Below are positions 14,074 through 23,892 of a stretch of 64,000 bases of DNA, piece by piece. The translations under genes were made by a program, and so were the position numbers. The stretch covers positions 27,146 through 91,145 of the forward strand of contig CAAGJN010000067.1 of the NCBI GenBank assembly GCA_900770255.1. The letters are read 5' to 3'. Source of the stretch: Clostridia bacterium. Its GTDB lineage: Bacteria; Bacillota; Clostridia; Oscillospirales; Acutalibacteraceae. Below the pieces are notes generated by a model. That model searched no databases, was not told the origin of the DNA, and worked only from the letters and a program-made list of their open reading frames with translations. The first letter of the stretch is position 1, and each line of letters starts with the position of its first letter.

Positions 14074-14895
14074 ATGAAAACGAAGTATATTTTTCTTGAC
14101 ATAGACGGTACGCTCGTCGATTTCACCGGCAGACTTGCAGACTCGGCGCTTGAGGCGCTCAGGGCGGCCAAGGCAAACGGGCATAAATTATTCGTCTGCA
14201 CAGGCAGACAGCGCTCGCAGGTCTATCCCTGGCTGCTTGAAAAGGTCGAGTTTGACGGCATGGTCGCCTCCTCCGGCGCGTACGCCATGGCTGAGGGCAA
14301 GTGCATCGTTCAGCACTGTTTCCCGCATGACTACATCGCCTTTCTCGCGGATTATTTCACGCGCAGCCGCACTCCATACTGCGTGCAGACCGAAAATATG
14401 CTGATGCTCGAGCAATGGAGCGCGGACGCTATCGTCTCACACTATGCAAAAGACGGAATCGACCGCAGTAAAATCGGCTCGCTATTCGGTATGACGAAGA
14501 TCGTTGACAATATTTGCGACCTGACGGTGGCCGAAAAGCTCATCTATTACGGGGCGCCCAAAGGGCTCGACGGCGTCGCGGCGGATCTTGGAGACAGGTT
14601 CAGCGTTGTGCGCTACAGCTTCGGCAACGCGGGCGACCGCTGCGGCGAGGTCACGGACAGTCGATACACAAAAGCTACCGGCATGGCCGAGATTCTCCAG
14701 TTTTTCGGCGCGCCGCAGAGCGACACAATTGCAGTCGGCGACGGCGACAATGATCTCGAGATGATGGAATACGCCGCATACGGGGTTGCGATGGGCAACG
14801 CTACGCCCGCGCTCAAGGCCGCCGTGGACATGGTAACCGACGACATCAACGCAGACGGGCTTTACAATGCGTTTAAAACGCTCGGAATTATCTGA
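14074..14895 (+). CDS. Cof-type HAD-IIB family hydrolase
   Basis: Motif I FLDIDGTL at the N-terminus, …VGDGDNDLEMM… motif IV, 273 aa. Confidence 0.85.
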   Translation: MKTKYIFLDIDGTLVDFTGRLADSALEALRAAKANGHKLFVCTGRQRSQVYPWLLEKVEFDGMVASSGAYAMAEGKCIVQHCFPHDYIAFLADYFTRSRTPYCVQTENMLMLEQWSADAIVSHYAKDGIDRSKIGSLFGMTKIVDNICDLTVAEKLIYYGAPKGLDGVAADLGDRFSVVRYSFGNAGDRCGEVTDSRYTKATGMAEILQFFGAPQSDTIAVGDGDNDLEMMEYAAYGVAMGNATPALKAAVDMVTDDINADGLYNAFKTLGII

Positions 14896-14905
14896 CCCGA
14901 TGTTT

Positions 14906-14946
14906 AAACAACAGGCGCTTCTGAAAGCGTCTGTTGTTTTTTGTTG
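14906..14946 (+). terminator. Rho-independent terminator after the HAD hydrolase gene
   Basis: aacaacaggcgc-ttctgaaa-gcgtctgttgtt followed by tttttgttgattttt. Confidence 0.7.
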
Positions 14947-15013
14947 ATTTTTGTCAGGATTTATGATAATCTTTTGTTGAAAGAGGAAATTTTTAACTTT
15001 AAGGAGGATAACA

Positions 15014-16207
15014 ATGAAACTGACCAAACGAATGCTGAGCTTCATCATGGCGCTCGCGCTGATTGTCTGCGCTGTCTGCATCCCGGCTCAGGCGGCCGCC
15101 GCAAAGGCAGTGACACCGGTTGGCAAAGCCTATGAGTACATCATGGAAAGCGGCTATCCGACGATGTCAACAGAGGACTTTTTCAAGTATATGGGCAAAA
15201 TCGACGAGGCTGTTTTTCTTCTGACCGGCCGGCACTTTCTGCCGGAGGAATACTTCAACATCGTGCTTGATGATAAGCTCGACACGCTGTGCTCGAACGT
15301 GGCAAGGGCGTCGGGTCTCGACGCGGCGCTGATAATGAAAAGTATTCCCGAATTTAACGGCCTTGCCGTCAAGGTAAGCGAAAAATATGACATCGATATC
15401 CCGGAGCTGCAGAAGCAGCTCAACGAGCTGTCCAGAAAATATGACGAGGAGGGCAACTCCGCGCTCTCGCTGATCTTCCGCGCGGCCGCCGTCTACTTCG
15501 GCATAATCGACGAGGCCTATCTCTATTGCGTGCCGGTAGAAGGCCTTGACGATACCTATGAGATATACTGCCGTGTGACCTACCGCGACGGCAGGACAGA
15601 GGAACTCCCCTCCGGCACATACTACAACACTGACACTCAGATGCTCTACGGCAAAGACGACAACGGCATGGTTGGCATCGGCTACGACTTCGATGTCGGC
15701 AAGGCGATGGTTATAACGCCTGTCCACGTCTGGATGAGAAACTTTGGTTTCACGATGGCCTATGACATTTTCTGCTATGTCACGCCCGTGTTTAACTATC
15801 AGACCGCGCGCATAAAGTTCGACTATGACGGCAGCGAGTGGATGATCCAGATCTGGAAGGGCAGATATGTGATAACCAACGGCGCGGAGATCGGCGTTTA
15901 CAAGCGCGAGCCGGGCTCAAAGGGCACGTTCTACAACTGCGTCGGCGACGAGGATCTGCTGCTCATGTCGCTCGACCTCTATCACGGCGACGATCTGCTC
16001 GTTCACCGCGACCCGATGTATCACTGGTGGCTGACGGGCTTTACAGTCAGCAAAACCGTCTATCTCCCGTGGAGCATGACGCTTAAAGCCTCCATCACTT
16101 TCAAGGATCAGGAGATGACCGACGCCTTCTGCGGCGGCATTGAAAACAGGAATTTCCACGATATCGACTATCGGACAAACGGACTGACAGTCAGCTTTGA
16201 GTGGTAA
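15014..16207 (+). CDS. Secreted protein with a C-terminal DUF4474-like domain
   Basis: Signal peptide MKLTKRMLSFIMALALIVCAVCIPAQAAAA. The C-terminal …FDYDGSEWMIQIWKGRYVITNGAEIGVYKREPG… resembles DUF4474 of Clostridia. Confidence 0.5.
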   Translation: MKLTKRMLSFIMALALIVCAVCIPAQAAAAKAVTPVGKAYEYIMESGYPTMSTEDFFKYMGKIDEAVFLLTGRHFLPEEYFNIVLDDKLDTLCSNVARASGLDAALIMKSIPEFNGLAVKVSEKYDIDIPELQKQLNELSRKYDEEGNSALSLIFRAAAVYFGIIDEAYLYCVPVEGLDDTYEIYCRVTYRDGRTEELPSGTYYNTDTQMLYGKDDNGMVGIGYDFDVGKAMVITPVHVWMRNFGFTMAYDIFCYVTPVFNYQTARIKFDYDGSEWMIQIWKGRYVITNGAEIGVYKREPGSKGTFYNCVGDEDLLLMSLDLYHGDDLLVHRDPMYHWWLTGFTVSKTVYLPWSMTLKASITFKDQEMTDAFCGGIENRNFHDIDYRTNGLTVSFEW

Positions 16208-16216
16208 ACAGAAAAG

Positions 16217-16338
16217 CGCCTCCCTTGGAAACAAGGGAGGTTTCGTTACGGCTACGGTTCCCTGCGGATGACAAAGCCGCAGGGTCCGTCTGCTTTCGCT
16301 GCAAAAAGGCTCGGAGAAAATCTCCGAGCCTTTTTATT
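16217..16338. terminator. Two hairpin terminators between the convergent DUF4474 gene and clpX
   Basis: gcctccctt-ggaaac-aagggagg + ttt (16217-16244), and aaaaggctcggag-aaaat-ctccgagcc + tttttatt (16305-16338). Confidence 0.65.
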
Positions 16339-16342
16339 CAAT

Positions 16343-17620
16343 TCAGCCCGCTGTGCGATTGCTGCGGTGCGAGGGGTTGCGTTCGATGAGCGGAGGCACA
16401 CCGTTTATTACGCAGCCTGCAGTTATCGCGACGCGCTCTATCGTAGGATCTGACGGCACGTCATACATGACAGGATTGAGCACGGCTTCGATTATCGAAC
16501 GAAGTCCGCGCGCGCCGGTGCCCTTCTCGAGAGTCTTATCGGCTATCGCCTCAAGCGCGCCCATGTCGAAATCGAGCTCCACGCCGTCAAGCTCAAACAG
16601 AGCCTTATACTGCTTTGTTATAGCGTTCTTGGGCTCCGTGAGAATACGCACGAGAGCTTTCTTATCGAGCTCATCGAGCGAAGTGAGCACGGGAAGTCTG
16701 CCGACAAGCTCGGGGATTATTCCGAACTTTACGAGATCCTGATGCACGACCTGAGAGAGCAGATCGCTTTTCTTGAGCTCGCTCTTGCTCTTGACGTCGG
16801 CATTGAAACCGAGCGCCGAACCGCCTATGCGCTTTTCGATTATCTTATCGATGCCGTCGAAAGCTCCGCCGCAGATAAACAGGATATTCGAGGTATCAAC
16901 CTGGATAAACTCCTGCTGCGGGTGCTTTCTGCCGCCCTGCGGAGGCACGTTTGCTACCGTACCCTCGATAATCTTGAGCAGAGCCTGCTGAACACCCTCA
17001 CCGCTGACGTCTCTTGTTATCGACGGGTTTTCCGACTTTCTCGCGATCTTGTCGATCTCATCGACATAGATTATGCCGCGCTCTGCGCGCTCTATATCGT
17101 AGTCGGCGGCCTGGATTATTCTGAGCAGAATGTTCTCGACATCCTCGCCGACATAGCCCGCCTCTGTCAGGGTCGTGGCGTCTGCAATGGCAAAGGGCAC
17201 GTCAAGTATCTTCGCAAGGGTCTGCGCGAGCATCGTCTTGCCCACGCCGGTCGGACCCATGAGAATAATGTTGCTCTTCTGTATCTCAACATCCGCGTTC
17301 TTTACGCTGTTTATTCTTTTATAGTGGTTATAAACCGCGACACTGAGCGTTTTTTTCGCCTCATCCTGGCCTATAACATACTCGTCAAGCTTCTCCTTGA
17401 TCTCATGGGGCTTCGGCAGCGGCTTGTCATTCGGACGCTGCTGATTTTTGCGGCGCGAGGAGCGTTTCTCATCATCCTCGATTATATTAAGGCACTGCTC
17501 CACGCACTCGTTGCAGATGTATACCCCCGGACCGGCGATGAGCTTTTCTACCTGATCCTGTGTTTTCTGGCAAAAAGAACAGCGAACTGTTCTTTCCCTT
17601 TTATCATCATCTCGCGGCAT
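16343..17620 (-). CDS. clpX: ATP-dependent Clp protease ATP-binding subunit ClpX
   Basis: N-terminal zinc-binding CSFCQK…CNEC, Walker A GPTGVGKT, 425 aa. Confidence 0.97.
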   Translation of the reverse strand: MPRDDDKRERTVRCSFCQKTQDQVEKLIAGPGVYICNECVEQCLNIIEDDEKRSSRRKNQQRPNDKPLPKPHEIKEKLDEYVIGQDEAKKTLSVAVYNHYKRINSVKNADVEIQKSNIILMGPTGVGKTMLAQTLAKILDVPFAIADATTLTEAGYVGEDVENILLRIIQAADYDIERAERGIIYVDEIDKIARKSENPSITRDVSGEGVQQALLKIIEGTVANVPPQGGRKHPQQEFIQVDTSNILFICGGAFDGIDKIIEKRIGGSALGFNADVKSKSELKKSDLLSQVVHQDLVKFGIIPELVGRLPVLTSLDELDKKALVRILTEPKNAITKQYKALFELDGVELDFDMGALEAIADKTLEKGTGARGLRSIIEAVLNPVMYDVPSDPTIERVAITAGCVINGVPPLIERNPSHRSNRTAG

Positions 17621-17633
17621 GTCAGCCCTCCGA

Positions 17634-18215
17634 TTATCTCTTGTAAATTATTTTATCTGCAAGTCCGTATTCGACGGCCTCCTCAGCGGTGAGGAAATTG
17701 TCGCGCTCGGTCTCGCGCTCAACAAACTCGATCGGTTTGCCCATATTCTCAGCTAAAATTCTGTTAAGTCTCTCTCTGGTCTTGATAATGTGGTCAGCGG
17801 CGATCTTGATCTCGGTCGCCTGACCCTGTGCGCCGCCGAGCGGCTGATGGATCATGACCTCGCTGTTGGGTAGCACAAGACGCTTGCCTTTTGCGCCGGC
17901 GGCAAACAGGAACGCGCCCATTGAAGCCGCCATGCCCATGCAGATGGTCGAAACATCGCATTTGATGAACTGCATCGTGTCGTATATCGCGAGACCTGCG
18001 GTAACTGAACCGCCGGGGCTGTTGATATACAGGCTGATATCCTTCTCGGCATCCTGACCCTCAAGGAAAAGAAGCTGCGCTACTACTACGCTGGCTGTAG
18101 CGTCGTTTATCTCATCGGAGAGCACGATTATTCTGTCGCTGAGCAGACGAGAAAAGATGTCGTATGAACGCTCGCCTCGGTTAGTCTGTTCGACGACGTA
18201 AGGTACTAATGCCAT
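17634..18215 (-). CDS. clpP: ATP-dependent Clp protease proteolytic subunit ClpP
   Basis: …[24 protein letters not shown]…[11 protein letters not shown]… catalytic Ser/His region, 193 aa, immediately upstream of clpX. Confidence 0.97.
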   Translation of the reverse strand: MALVPYVVEQTNRGERSYDIFSRLLSDRIIVLSDEINDATASVVVAQLLFLEGQDAEKDISLYINSPGGSVTAGLAIYDTMQFIKCDVSTICMGMAASMGAFLFAAGAKGKRLVLPNSEVMIHQPLGGAQGQATEIKIAADHIIKTRERLNRILAENMGKPIEFVERETERDNFLTAEEAVEYGLADKIIYKR

Positions 18216-18336
18216 TACTTTTTCCTCCTTTTTAAGTCCCGTTTCAGGGATACAGGCACTCTGCCGTATACTGCGCCCGCCCGGCGGATACCGGACGGGA
18301 ACAATACGGATTAATTATAGTGTTCTTGCGTTAAAA

Positions 18337-19887
18337 TTATTCAGCGTCTTCCGCTTTCTTCTTGGCGGGAGCCTTCTTTGCCGGAGCTTTTTTAGCGGCG
18401 GCCTTCGTCTCTCCCTCGGCCTCGTCCTTAGCGGCAGCCTTCTTTGCCGGAGCCTTCTTGGCTGCGGGCTTCTTCTCTTCCTCGGCCTTGTCCTTGGCGG
18501 CGGTTTTCTTTGCCGGGGCCTTCTTGGCTGCGGACTTCTTCTCTCCGTCGGCCTCGTCCTTAGCGGCGGTCTTCTTTGCCGGAGCCTTCTTCGCCGTCTT
18601 CTTGCCGGGTTTTACGGCCTTGGCATTGTCAACGACGAACTTGACAACCTTCTCCTTGAGCAGATCGGCCTTGAGCAGATTCTCTGCAATAAGGCTCTTG
18701 ATCTTCTCGACCTCCATGCCGTACATCTCGGCGAGCTTCTTGAACTCCTCGTCAAGCTCCTCGGCGCTGACTTCGATCTTCTCATCAGCGGCGATCTTAT
18801 CGAGCGCAAGGCCGAGCTTAACCTGGGAGACAGCCTGCTCGCGCATGGACTTTCTGAAAGTATCCTTGTCAGTACCCATATAGCTCAGGTAGGTATCGAT
18901 GTCGATGCCCTGCTGCGAAAGTCTCTGAGCGAAATTATTTATGTTTTCGTCGGTCTGAGTCTCGAACATGACCTCGGGGATCTCAGCATCAAGGTTGGAG
19001 ACGAGCTCCTCCATAAGCTTGCCCTCGAACTCCTTCTCGGCATCGGACTGCTTATGCTCGAGCAGATCGGCCTCAATGCCCTTCTTGAGCTCGTCAACGG
19101 TATCATAGTCAAGATCCTTTGCAAACTCGTCATCAAGCTCGGGCAGCTCCTTGACCTTTATCTCATGGAGAGTGACCTTGAATGTGGCGTCCTTGCCGGC
19201 AAGCTCGGGAGTATACTCCTCGCGGAACTTGACGTTGACGTCAAACTCGTCGCCCGCGTTGTGGCCGATAACCTGATCCTCAAAGCCGGGGATGAACTGA
19301 CCCGAACCGAGCTCAAGCTCATAGCCGGAGCCCTTGCCGCCCTCGAAAGCCTCGCCGTCAACAAAACCCTCAAAGTCAATGACGGAGATATCGCCCTTCT
19401 GAGCGGCTCTGCCCTCGACGGTTATAGTTCTTGCGTTGCGCTCTCTCATATCGGCAATGCGCGCGTCAACCTCCTCGGGAGTGACGGAAACTTCCGCTTT
19501 CTCAGCCTCGAGGCCCTTATAAGCCTTGACCTTGACATCGTCGGGCTTGGTGGTGACTTTGAGCTCAAAGAGCACGCCGTCCTCGCCTATGGACTTAACA
19601 TCGACATCCTTCGGGCTGTCAACAGGCTCGATGCCGGCCTCTTTGTAAGCCTCGGAAACCGCCTCCGGGAATACAATCTCAAAAGCATCCTCATAGAAGA
19701 CGTCCTTGCCGTAAAATCTCTCGATCATAGCGAGCGGAGCCTTACCCTTGCGGAAACCGGGAAGAGCGATCTTGTTCTTGGCCTTGTTGTAGGCCTTGAT
19801 AACAGCCGCTTTGAAAGGCTCTGCGCCGATCTCGATCTCCAGCGTATAGACGTTGGTGTCAGTTTTGTTTGATGATTTTAAACTCAT
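18337..19887 (-). CDS. tig: Trigger factor with a ~85-aa Lys/Ala-rich repetitive C-terminal extension
   Basis: N-terminal ribosome-binding motif GFRKGKAP, a PPIase domain, and the tig-clpP-clpX gene order. At 516 aa it exceeds the usual ~430 aa because of the tail AAKKAPAKKTAAKDEADGEKK x3. Confidence 0.92.
   Translation of the reverse strand: MSLKSSNKTDTNVYTLEIEIGAEPFKAAVIKAYNKAKNKIALPGFRKGKAPLAMIERFYGKDVFYEDAFEIVFPEAVSEAYKEAGIEPVDSPKDVDVKSIGEDGVLFELKVTTKPDDVKVKAYKGLEAEKAEVSVTPEEVDARIADMRERNARTITVEGRAAQKGDISVIDFEGFVDGEAFEGGKGSGYELELGSGQFIPGFEDQVIGHNAGDEFDVNVKFREEYTPELAGKDATFKVTLHEIKVKELPELDDEFAKDLDYDTVDELKKGIEADLLEHKQSDAEKEFEGKLMEELVSNLDAEIPEVMFETQTDENINNFAQRLSQQGIDIDTYLSYMGTDKDTFRKSMREQAVSQVKLGLALDKIAADEKIEVSAEELDEEFKKLAEMYGMEVEKIKSLIAENLLKADLLKEKVVKFVVDNAKAVKPGKKTAKKAPAKKTAAKDEADGEKKSAAKKAPAKKTAAKDKAEEEKKPAAKKAPAKKAAAKDEAEGETKAAAKKAPAKKAPAKKKAEDAE
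18361..18600. repeat. Three tandem ~60-bp GC-rich repeats encoding the KA-rich trigger-factor tail
   Basis: Read on the plus strand: cttctttgccggagccttcttggctgcgg[g/a]cttcttctc…ctcggcct[tg/cg]tcct[tgg/tag]cggc… recurs with ~60-nt period. Confidence 0.7.
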
Positions 19888-20036
19888 TCGTTTTTTCCTC
19901 CCATTACATACAAGTAACTCTAAGATTATATCAGAGATATGTTAAAATTTCTATACTAATTTTTATATTTTCTGCTAAAAATCAGATTTTTCTTTCACTT
20001 TCTCCTTAAAGGCCGCCTGTGTGTACATTTATTGGG

Positions 20037-20726
20037 TCATTTTTCTATAAGCTTAGGTAAAAATTCGAGATAATCACCCGAGATCAGCGAAAAATTTATT
20101 CCGTCGCGCTCGCCGTTGAAGGCGGTTTTGGTTGCAAAGGAATGTAGATGACCGTAGTAGCAGCGCCTTATTTTATATTCGAGCAGAACGTCGTATATTT
20201 CGGGGCAGATCCCCTCCTGCGTAATAGGAGGATAGTGCAAAAACACGACCGGCTCGCCGCCGAGCTCGAGCCCCGCCTCGATAGACGCGCGAAGCCGCCC
20301 CGCCTCGCGCAGAAGCACTTTTTTATCGGCATCCTGCTCCGCGTCAAAGAACCAGCCACGCGTGCCGCAGACCGAAACATCTCCGACCCGCTTTGCCGAA
20401 TTATGCACGATGCTCAGCGTCTCAAAGCCTTTTTCGCAAAAAAAGCTTTCCATTTTTTTCACGGTGTTCCACCAATAGTCATGGTTGCCCTTCATGAGTA
20501 TCTTCATGCCGGGCAAACTTTCGAGAAATTCAAAATCCCTCTGCGCTTCCTCGAGCGACATCGCCCACGACACATCGCCCGGGATGACGACGGTATCGTC
20601 CTCTGACACGACTGCACGCCAGTTTTTTTCGAGGCGCTGCACATAGTCGCTCCAGCCCATGAAAATATCCATCGGCTTGTCCGCAGAAAGTGAAAGGTGC
20701 GTATCTGCAATTGCAAAAAGTGACAT
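20037..20726 (-). CDS. Metallophosphoesterase (calcineurin-like phosphoesterase) family protein
   Basis: Start set at MSLFAIADTHLS (DxH motif), followed by GDVSW…, …GNHDYWW…, GHLH motifs. The upstream in-frame extension in the track is unlikely to be real. Confidence 0.75.
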   Translation of the reverse strand: MSLFAIADTHLSLSADKPMDIFMGWSDYVQRLEKNWRAVVSEDDTVVIPGDVSWAMSLEEAQRDFEFLESLPGMKILMKGNHDYWWNTVKKMESFFCEKGFETLSIVHNSAKRVGDVSVCGTRGWFFDAEQDADKKVLLREAGRLRASIEAGLELGGEPVVFLHYPPITQEGICPEIYDVLLEYKIRRCYYGHLHSFATKTAFNGERDGINFSLISGDYLEFLPKLIEK

Positions 20727-20817
20727 CGCGCTCTCCTTTTTCCTTAATAATACCGCATGCGGCGGGCAGAATATTTTTGCGGGATCACCCGCAATAAACA
20801 TCCGGAGGTAAATAAAA

Positions 20818-20994
20818 ATGGACAAGGTCATCAAGGACATCCGCTGCAACGCGTGCAACTGCGTCCACCACGCGGACGACTATAAGTGCACCGCAGGTCA
20901 CATTGAGATCGGCAATACAAACGCCTGCTCAAGTCAGGACACATTGTGCTCGACCTTCGAGCTCGATAACTCGAAAAAGCACTGCGGCTGCTGA
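20818..20994 (+). CDS. DUF1540-like small Cys/His-rich protein (58 aa; not in the supplied track)
   Basis: GGAGG RBS 8 nt upstream. MDKVIKDIRCNACNCVHHADDYKCTAGHIEIGNTNACSSQDTLCSTFELD… matches the duplicated C-x2-C…H…C pattern of DUF1540. Confidence 0.55.
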   Translation: MDKVIKDIRCNACNCVHHADDYKCTAGHIEIGNTNACSSQDTLCSTFELDNSKKHCGC

Positions 20995-21013
20995 ACACGG
21001 GGAACGCCCCGCG

Positions 21014-22510
21014 TCAGATATTAAGCAGCCTGTAAACTGCCTTCTCCATGCTGTCCCTGTCGCAGACGTCGGAGAATCTCACGGTTTTATCCCTGAGACC
21101 GGCGAGCTGCGGGGGGCAGCTTGCCTTTGTTACGCGGGCGAGCTCGCCGACCATGGCAAACTCGTCGAGGCCGTCGGATGCGCCGGGCTCAACAGCGTCA
21201 AGCACGCTGCGGCTGAACTTGAAGGGATTTGCGGTCGAGGCTATTACCGTCGGAGTCGTGTCGCCGGAAGCCTCTGTGTATTTTTCATATACATTTATGC
21301 CGACGGCCGTGTGGGTGTCGCACAGATAGCCGTGGCTTTCAAAGGTATTTCTGATCGTATCTTTCGTGCCCTCGTCGTCGCAGCAGCCTGCGGAGAATAT
21401 TGAATTTATCTTCTCCATGACGTCTGCGGGCATGGTGTATTTGCCCTTTGACTTGAGATCGGCCATCATCTCGCGCACGAACGCATCCGAATAGCCGCTC
21501 GCAATGAAGAGCAGGCGCTCGAGGTTGCTTGAAATGAGAATATCCATAGAGGGCGAAGAGGTGGTGTAGAAGCTGCGGTTGACATCATACACTCCCGTCT
21601 CAAAGAAGTCGGTGAGGACGCGGTTCTTATTTGACGCGCAGATCAGGCGGTTGACAGGCAGTCCCATCTCCCGCGCATAATAGGCGGCGAGGATATTGCC
21701 GAAGTTACCCGTCGGGACAACTATATTTATCTTATCTCCCGCCGCGATCCTGCCGTTTTTGAGCATATCGCAGTAAGCGGAGAAATAATAGACTATCTGC
21801 GGCACGAGACGACCCCAGTTGATGGAATTTGCGGAGGAGAACGCCATGCCGTGCTCCGCAAGCACCTTGCCGATCTCCTTGTCCGTGAATATCGACTTGA
21901 CGCCGGTCTGAGCGTCGTCAAAGTTGCCCTTTATCGCGCAGACCGCTACATTTTTCCCCTCCTGAGTGGTCATCTGGAGCTTCTGCATGGGGCTGACGCC
22001 CTCGTCGGGATAGAACACGAGAATCCTTGTCCCCTCGACATCCATGAAGCCCTCAAGCGCCGCTTTTCCGGTATCGCCCGAAGTGGCTACTAGAATGACC
22101 GTCTCGCGGGTTCCGACGGCCTTCTTGACGGAGACCGTCATGAGCCTCGGGAGCATCTGGAGCGCCATATCCTTGAACGCGCAGGTCGGGCCGCGCCAGA
22201 GCTCAAGGATCTCCTCGCCCGCTCTGAGCTCATGGATCGGAGCAATATCGGGAGAAGAAAATTTATTGCCGCCATAAGCGCCCTCGACGCAGTACGCGAG
22301 CTCCTCCTCGGTAAAATCAGTCAGATACAGTCCGAGAAGCTTTTTCGCGCGCTCGACATAAGTCATATCGGCCATTGCAGCGATATCGTCAAGGCTTACT
22401 CCGGGAATCTCAACAGGCACAAACAGACCGCCGTCGGCTGAAATACCCGACGCGATCGCCCAAGCCGAGCTGACATCAACTTTTTTGTCTCTTGTACTCG
22501 TGTAGCGCAT
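21014..22510 (-). CDS. thrC: Threonine synthase (long form)
   Basis: …PTCAFKDMALQMLPRL… PLP-lysine motif, 498 aa. Confidence 0.93.
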   Translation of the reverse strand: MRYTSTRDKKVDVSSAWAIASGISADGGLFVPVEIPGVSLDDIAAMADMTYVERAKKLLGLYLTDFTEEELAYCVEGAYGGNKFSSPDIAPIHELRAGEEILELWRGPTCAFKDMALQMLPRLMTVSVKKAVGTRETVILVATSGDTGKAALEGFMDVEGTRILVFYPDEGVSPMQKLQMTTQEGKNVAVCAIKGNFDDAQTGVKSIFTDKEIGKVLAEHGMAFSSANSINWGRLVPQIVYYFSAYCDMLKNGRIAAGDKINIVVPTGNFGNILAAYYAREMGLPVNRLICASNKNRVLTDFFETGVYDVNRSFYTTSSPSMDILISSNLERLLFIASGYSDAFVREMMADLKSKGKYTMPADVMEKINSIFSAGCCDDEGTKDTIRNTFESHGYLCDTHTAVGINVYEKYTEASGDTTPTVIASTANPFKFSRSVLDAVEPGASDGLDEFAMVGELARVTKASCPPQLAGLRDKTVRFSDVCDRDSMEKAVYRLLNI

Positions 22511-22546
22511 AAAAATATCATTCCTCTGTTTTTGGATTACATTTGA

Positions 22547-23467
22547 TTATAACATATTGTTGGGTCGATGTAAAATATTTTCAAAAAAGTGTGCGGCGTT
22601 TTCATAAAATATTTTGCTGCATATTTCAGGCGGTATGCCGTTTTTCTCAAAATGCAAATATATTGCGGGAATTTTTTCAATTCCGCGCAGCTCGTCGGAA
22701 ATTTTGCAGCCGTCATAATCCGAACCGATACACAGCGCGTTTTCTCCGCCGAGCGACAGGATATGCTCCGCATGGCGAAGCAGATCGTCCATACCGCCGC
22801 TGCCGCCTAAAAAATCGCAGAAAAAGTTAAGCCCGATCAGCCCGCCGCGCTGTACTATGATCTTTATCTGATCATCGGACAGCGAACGCGGGTTTTCATA
22901 CACAGAGCGCGCGTTTGAATGGCTTGCGATAAACGGAGAAGCCGTCAAGCGCGCGACGTCGAAAAAGCCCTTGTCGCTCAGATGAGAAACGTCCGTGACT
23001 ATGCCTATCCGGTCAAAGGCTCGCACGAGCTCCTCTCCCCACTCGGTAAGCCCGCCGCCCGCCTTGCAGCCGCCGCCCGCGCGGTTTTGCCCGTTCCAGG
23101 TAAGTGTGACGAGCCTCAGGCCTCGTTCATAGAGCAGCTCGAGTCTTTCAATACTGTTTATTCCCTTGGAATTTTCCATCGCGAGCACCGAGCCGCGCTG
23201 CGCCGCGCGCACATCACCGGGATACAGTATCGGCGAAAATGCCGCCCTACTGCGAAGCTCGGAGCAATAAAAATCACACGCCGAGTCAAAGTAGGCCTCG
23301 GCGCATGATGCGTCCATAGTATCAGGTATAAAGACGGCGAAAACCTGATTCCACCGCCCGAAATCTTTGCCTGTGCAAAAATCAACGTCCGCACTGTTGG
23401 CGTAAAGGCTCATTTTTTTTGCCATACAGACGGTCAGTGTATCGCAATGCAGGTCAAAAAAATCCAT
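22547..23467 (-). CDS. Membrane dipeptidase (peptidase family M19)
   Basis: MDFFDLHCDTL…, …DVSHLS…, …IGSDYDG… are hallmarks of renal-dipeptidase-type enzymes. Confidence 0.8.
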   Translation of the reverse strand: MDFFDLHCDTLTVCMAKKMSLYANSADVDFCTGKDFGRWNQVFAVFIPDTMDASCAEAYFDSACDFYCSELRSRAAFSPILYPGDVRAAQRGSVLAMENSKGINSIERLELLYERGLRLVTLTWNGQNRAGGGCKAGGGLTEWGEELVRAFDRIGIVTDVSHLSDKGFFDVARLTASPFIASHSNARSVYENPRSLSDDQIKIIVQRGGLIGLNFFCDFLGGSGGMDDLLRHAEHILSLGGENALCIGSDYDGCKISDELRGIEKIPAIYLHFEKNGIPPEICSKIFYENAAHFFENILHRPNNML

Positions 23468-23511
23468 ATTATCACCCGGATAATGATATTTTCTGCCGCG
23501 CCGCGATATGA

Positions 23512-23892
23512 CTAAAAACTGCTGTCAAAAGCATTTTCGATATATTCGCAGCCCAGAGCTTCGTTATTTTTACCGAGCGTCACCTCGGCGACATCGAAAC
23601 GCGGCTGAAGATCATATGGGTTATTCTGAATAAAGACAGCGGCGGTTTTAACTATCCTCTCCTGCTTTCTGAAATCGACCGCCTCGCGTCCCTTGGCTAT
23701 GGAGCCGCATGAGCGAGTCTTGACCTCGGTGAACACAAGAAAGCCGTCCTTCTGGGCGATTATGTCTATCTCGCCCATACGGCAGCGGTAGTTTGCGGTG
23801 ATGATCTCATAGCCGTGCTCGCGCATATACCGCGCGGCGAAAATCTCGCCCCAGAGCCCCGGTTTTTCCTTTTCGCTGAGCATTTTTACCAA
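23512..23892 (-). CDS. yraN: YraN family protein (UPF0102, predicted endonuclease)
   Basis: …GEIDIIAQKDGFLVFTEVKTRS… and conserved rnhB-yraN synteny. Confidence 0.85.
   Translation of the reverse strand: MVKMLSEKEKPGLWGEIFAARYMREHGYEIITANYRCRMGEIDIIAQKDGFLVFTEVKTRSCGSIAKGREAVDFRKQERIVKTAAVFIQNNPYDLQPRFDVAEVTLGKNNEALGCEYIENAFDSSF

Noticed and set aside
16742-17692. 316-aa plus-strand ORF antisense to clpX. The same pattern holds for 19054-19872 (vs tig), 25693-26643 (vs rbgA), 40645-41394, 43092-44924 (vs ispE/PHP), 44994-46268 (vs DUF711), 59426-60292 and 60416-61183 (vs ABC genes)
   Set aside because: Each lies entirely within a strongly supported gene on the other strand and has no RBS or recognisable motifs.
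18361-18600. Tandem ~60-bp repeats considered as CRISPR or a minisatellite
   Set aside because: The repeats are in-frame within the tig coding sequence, lack unique spacers of uniform length, and encode a repetitive KA-rich peptide.
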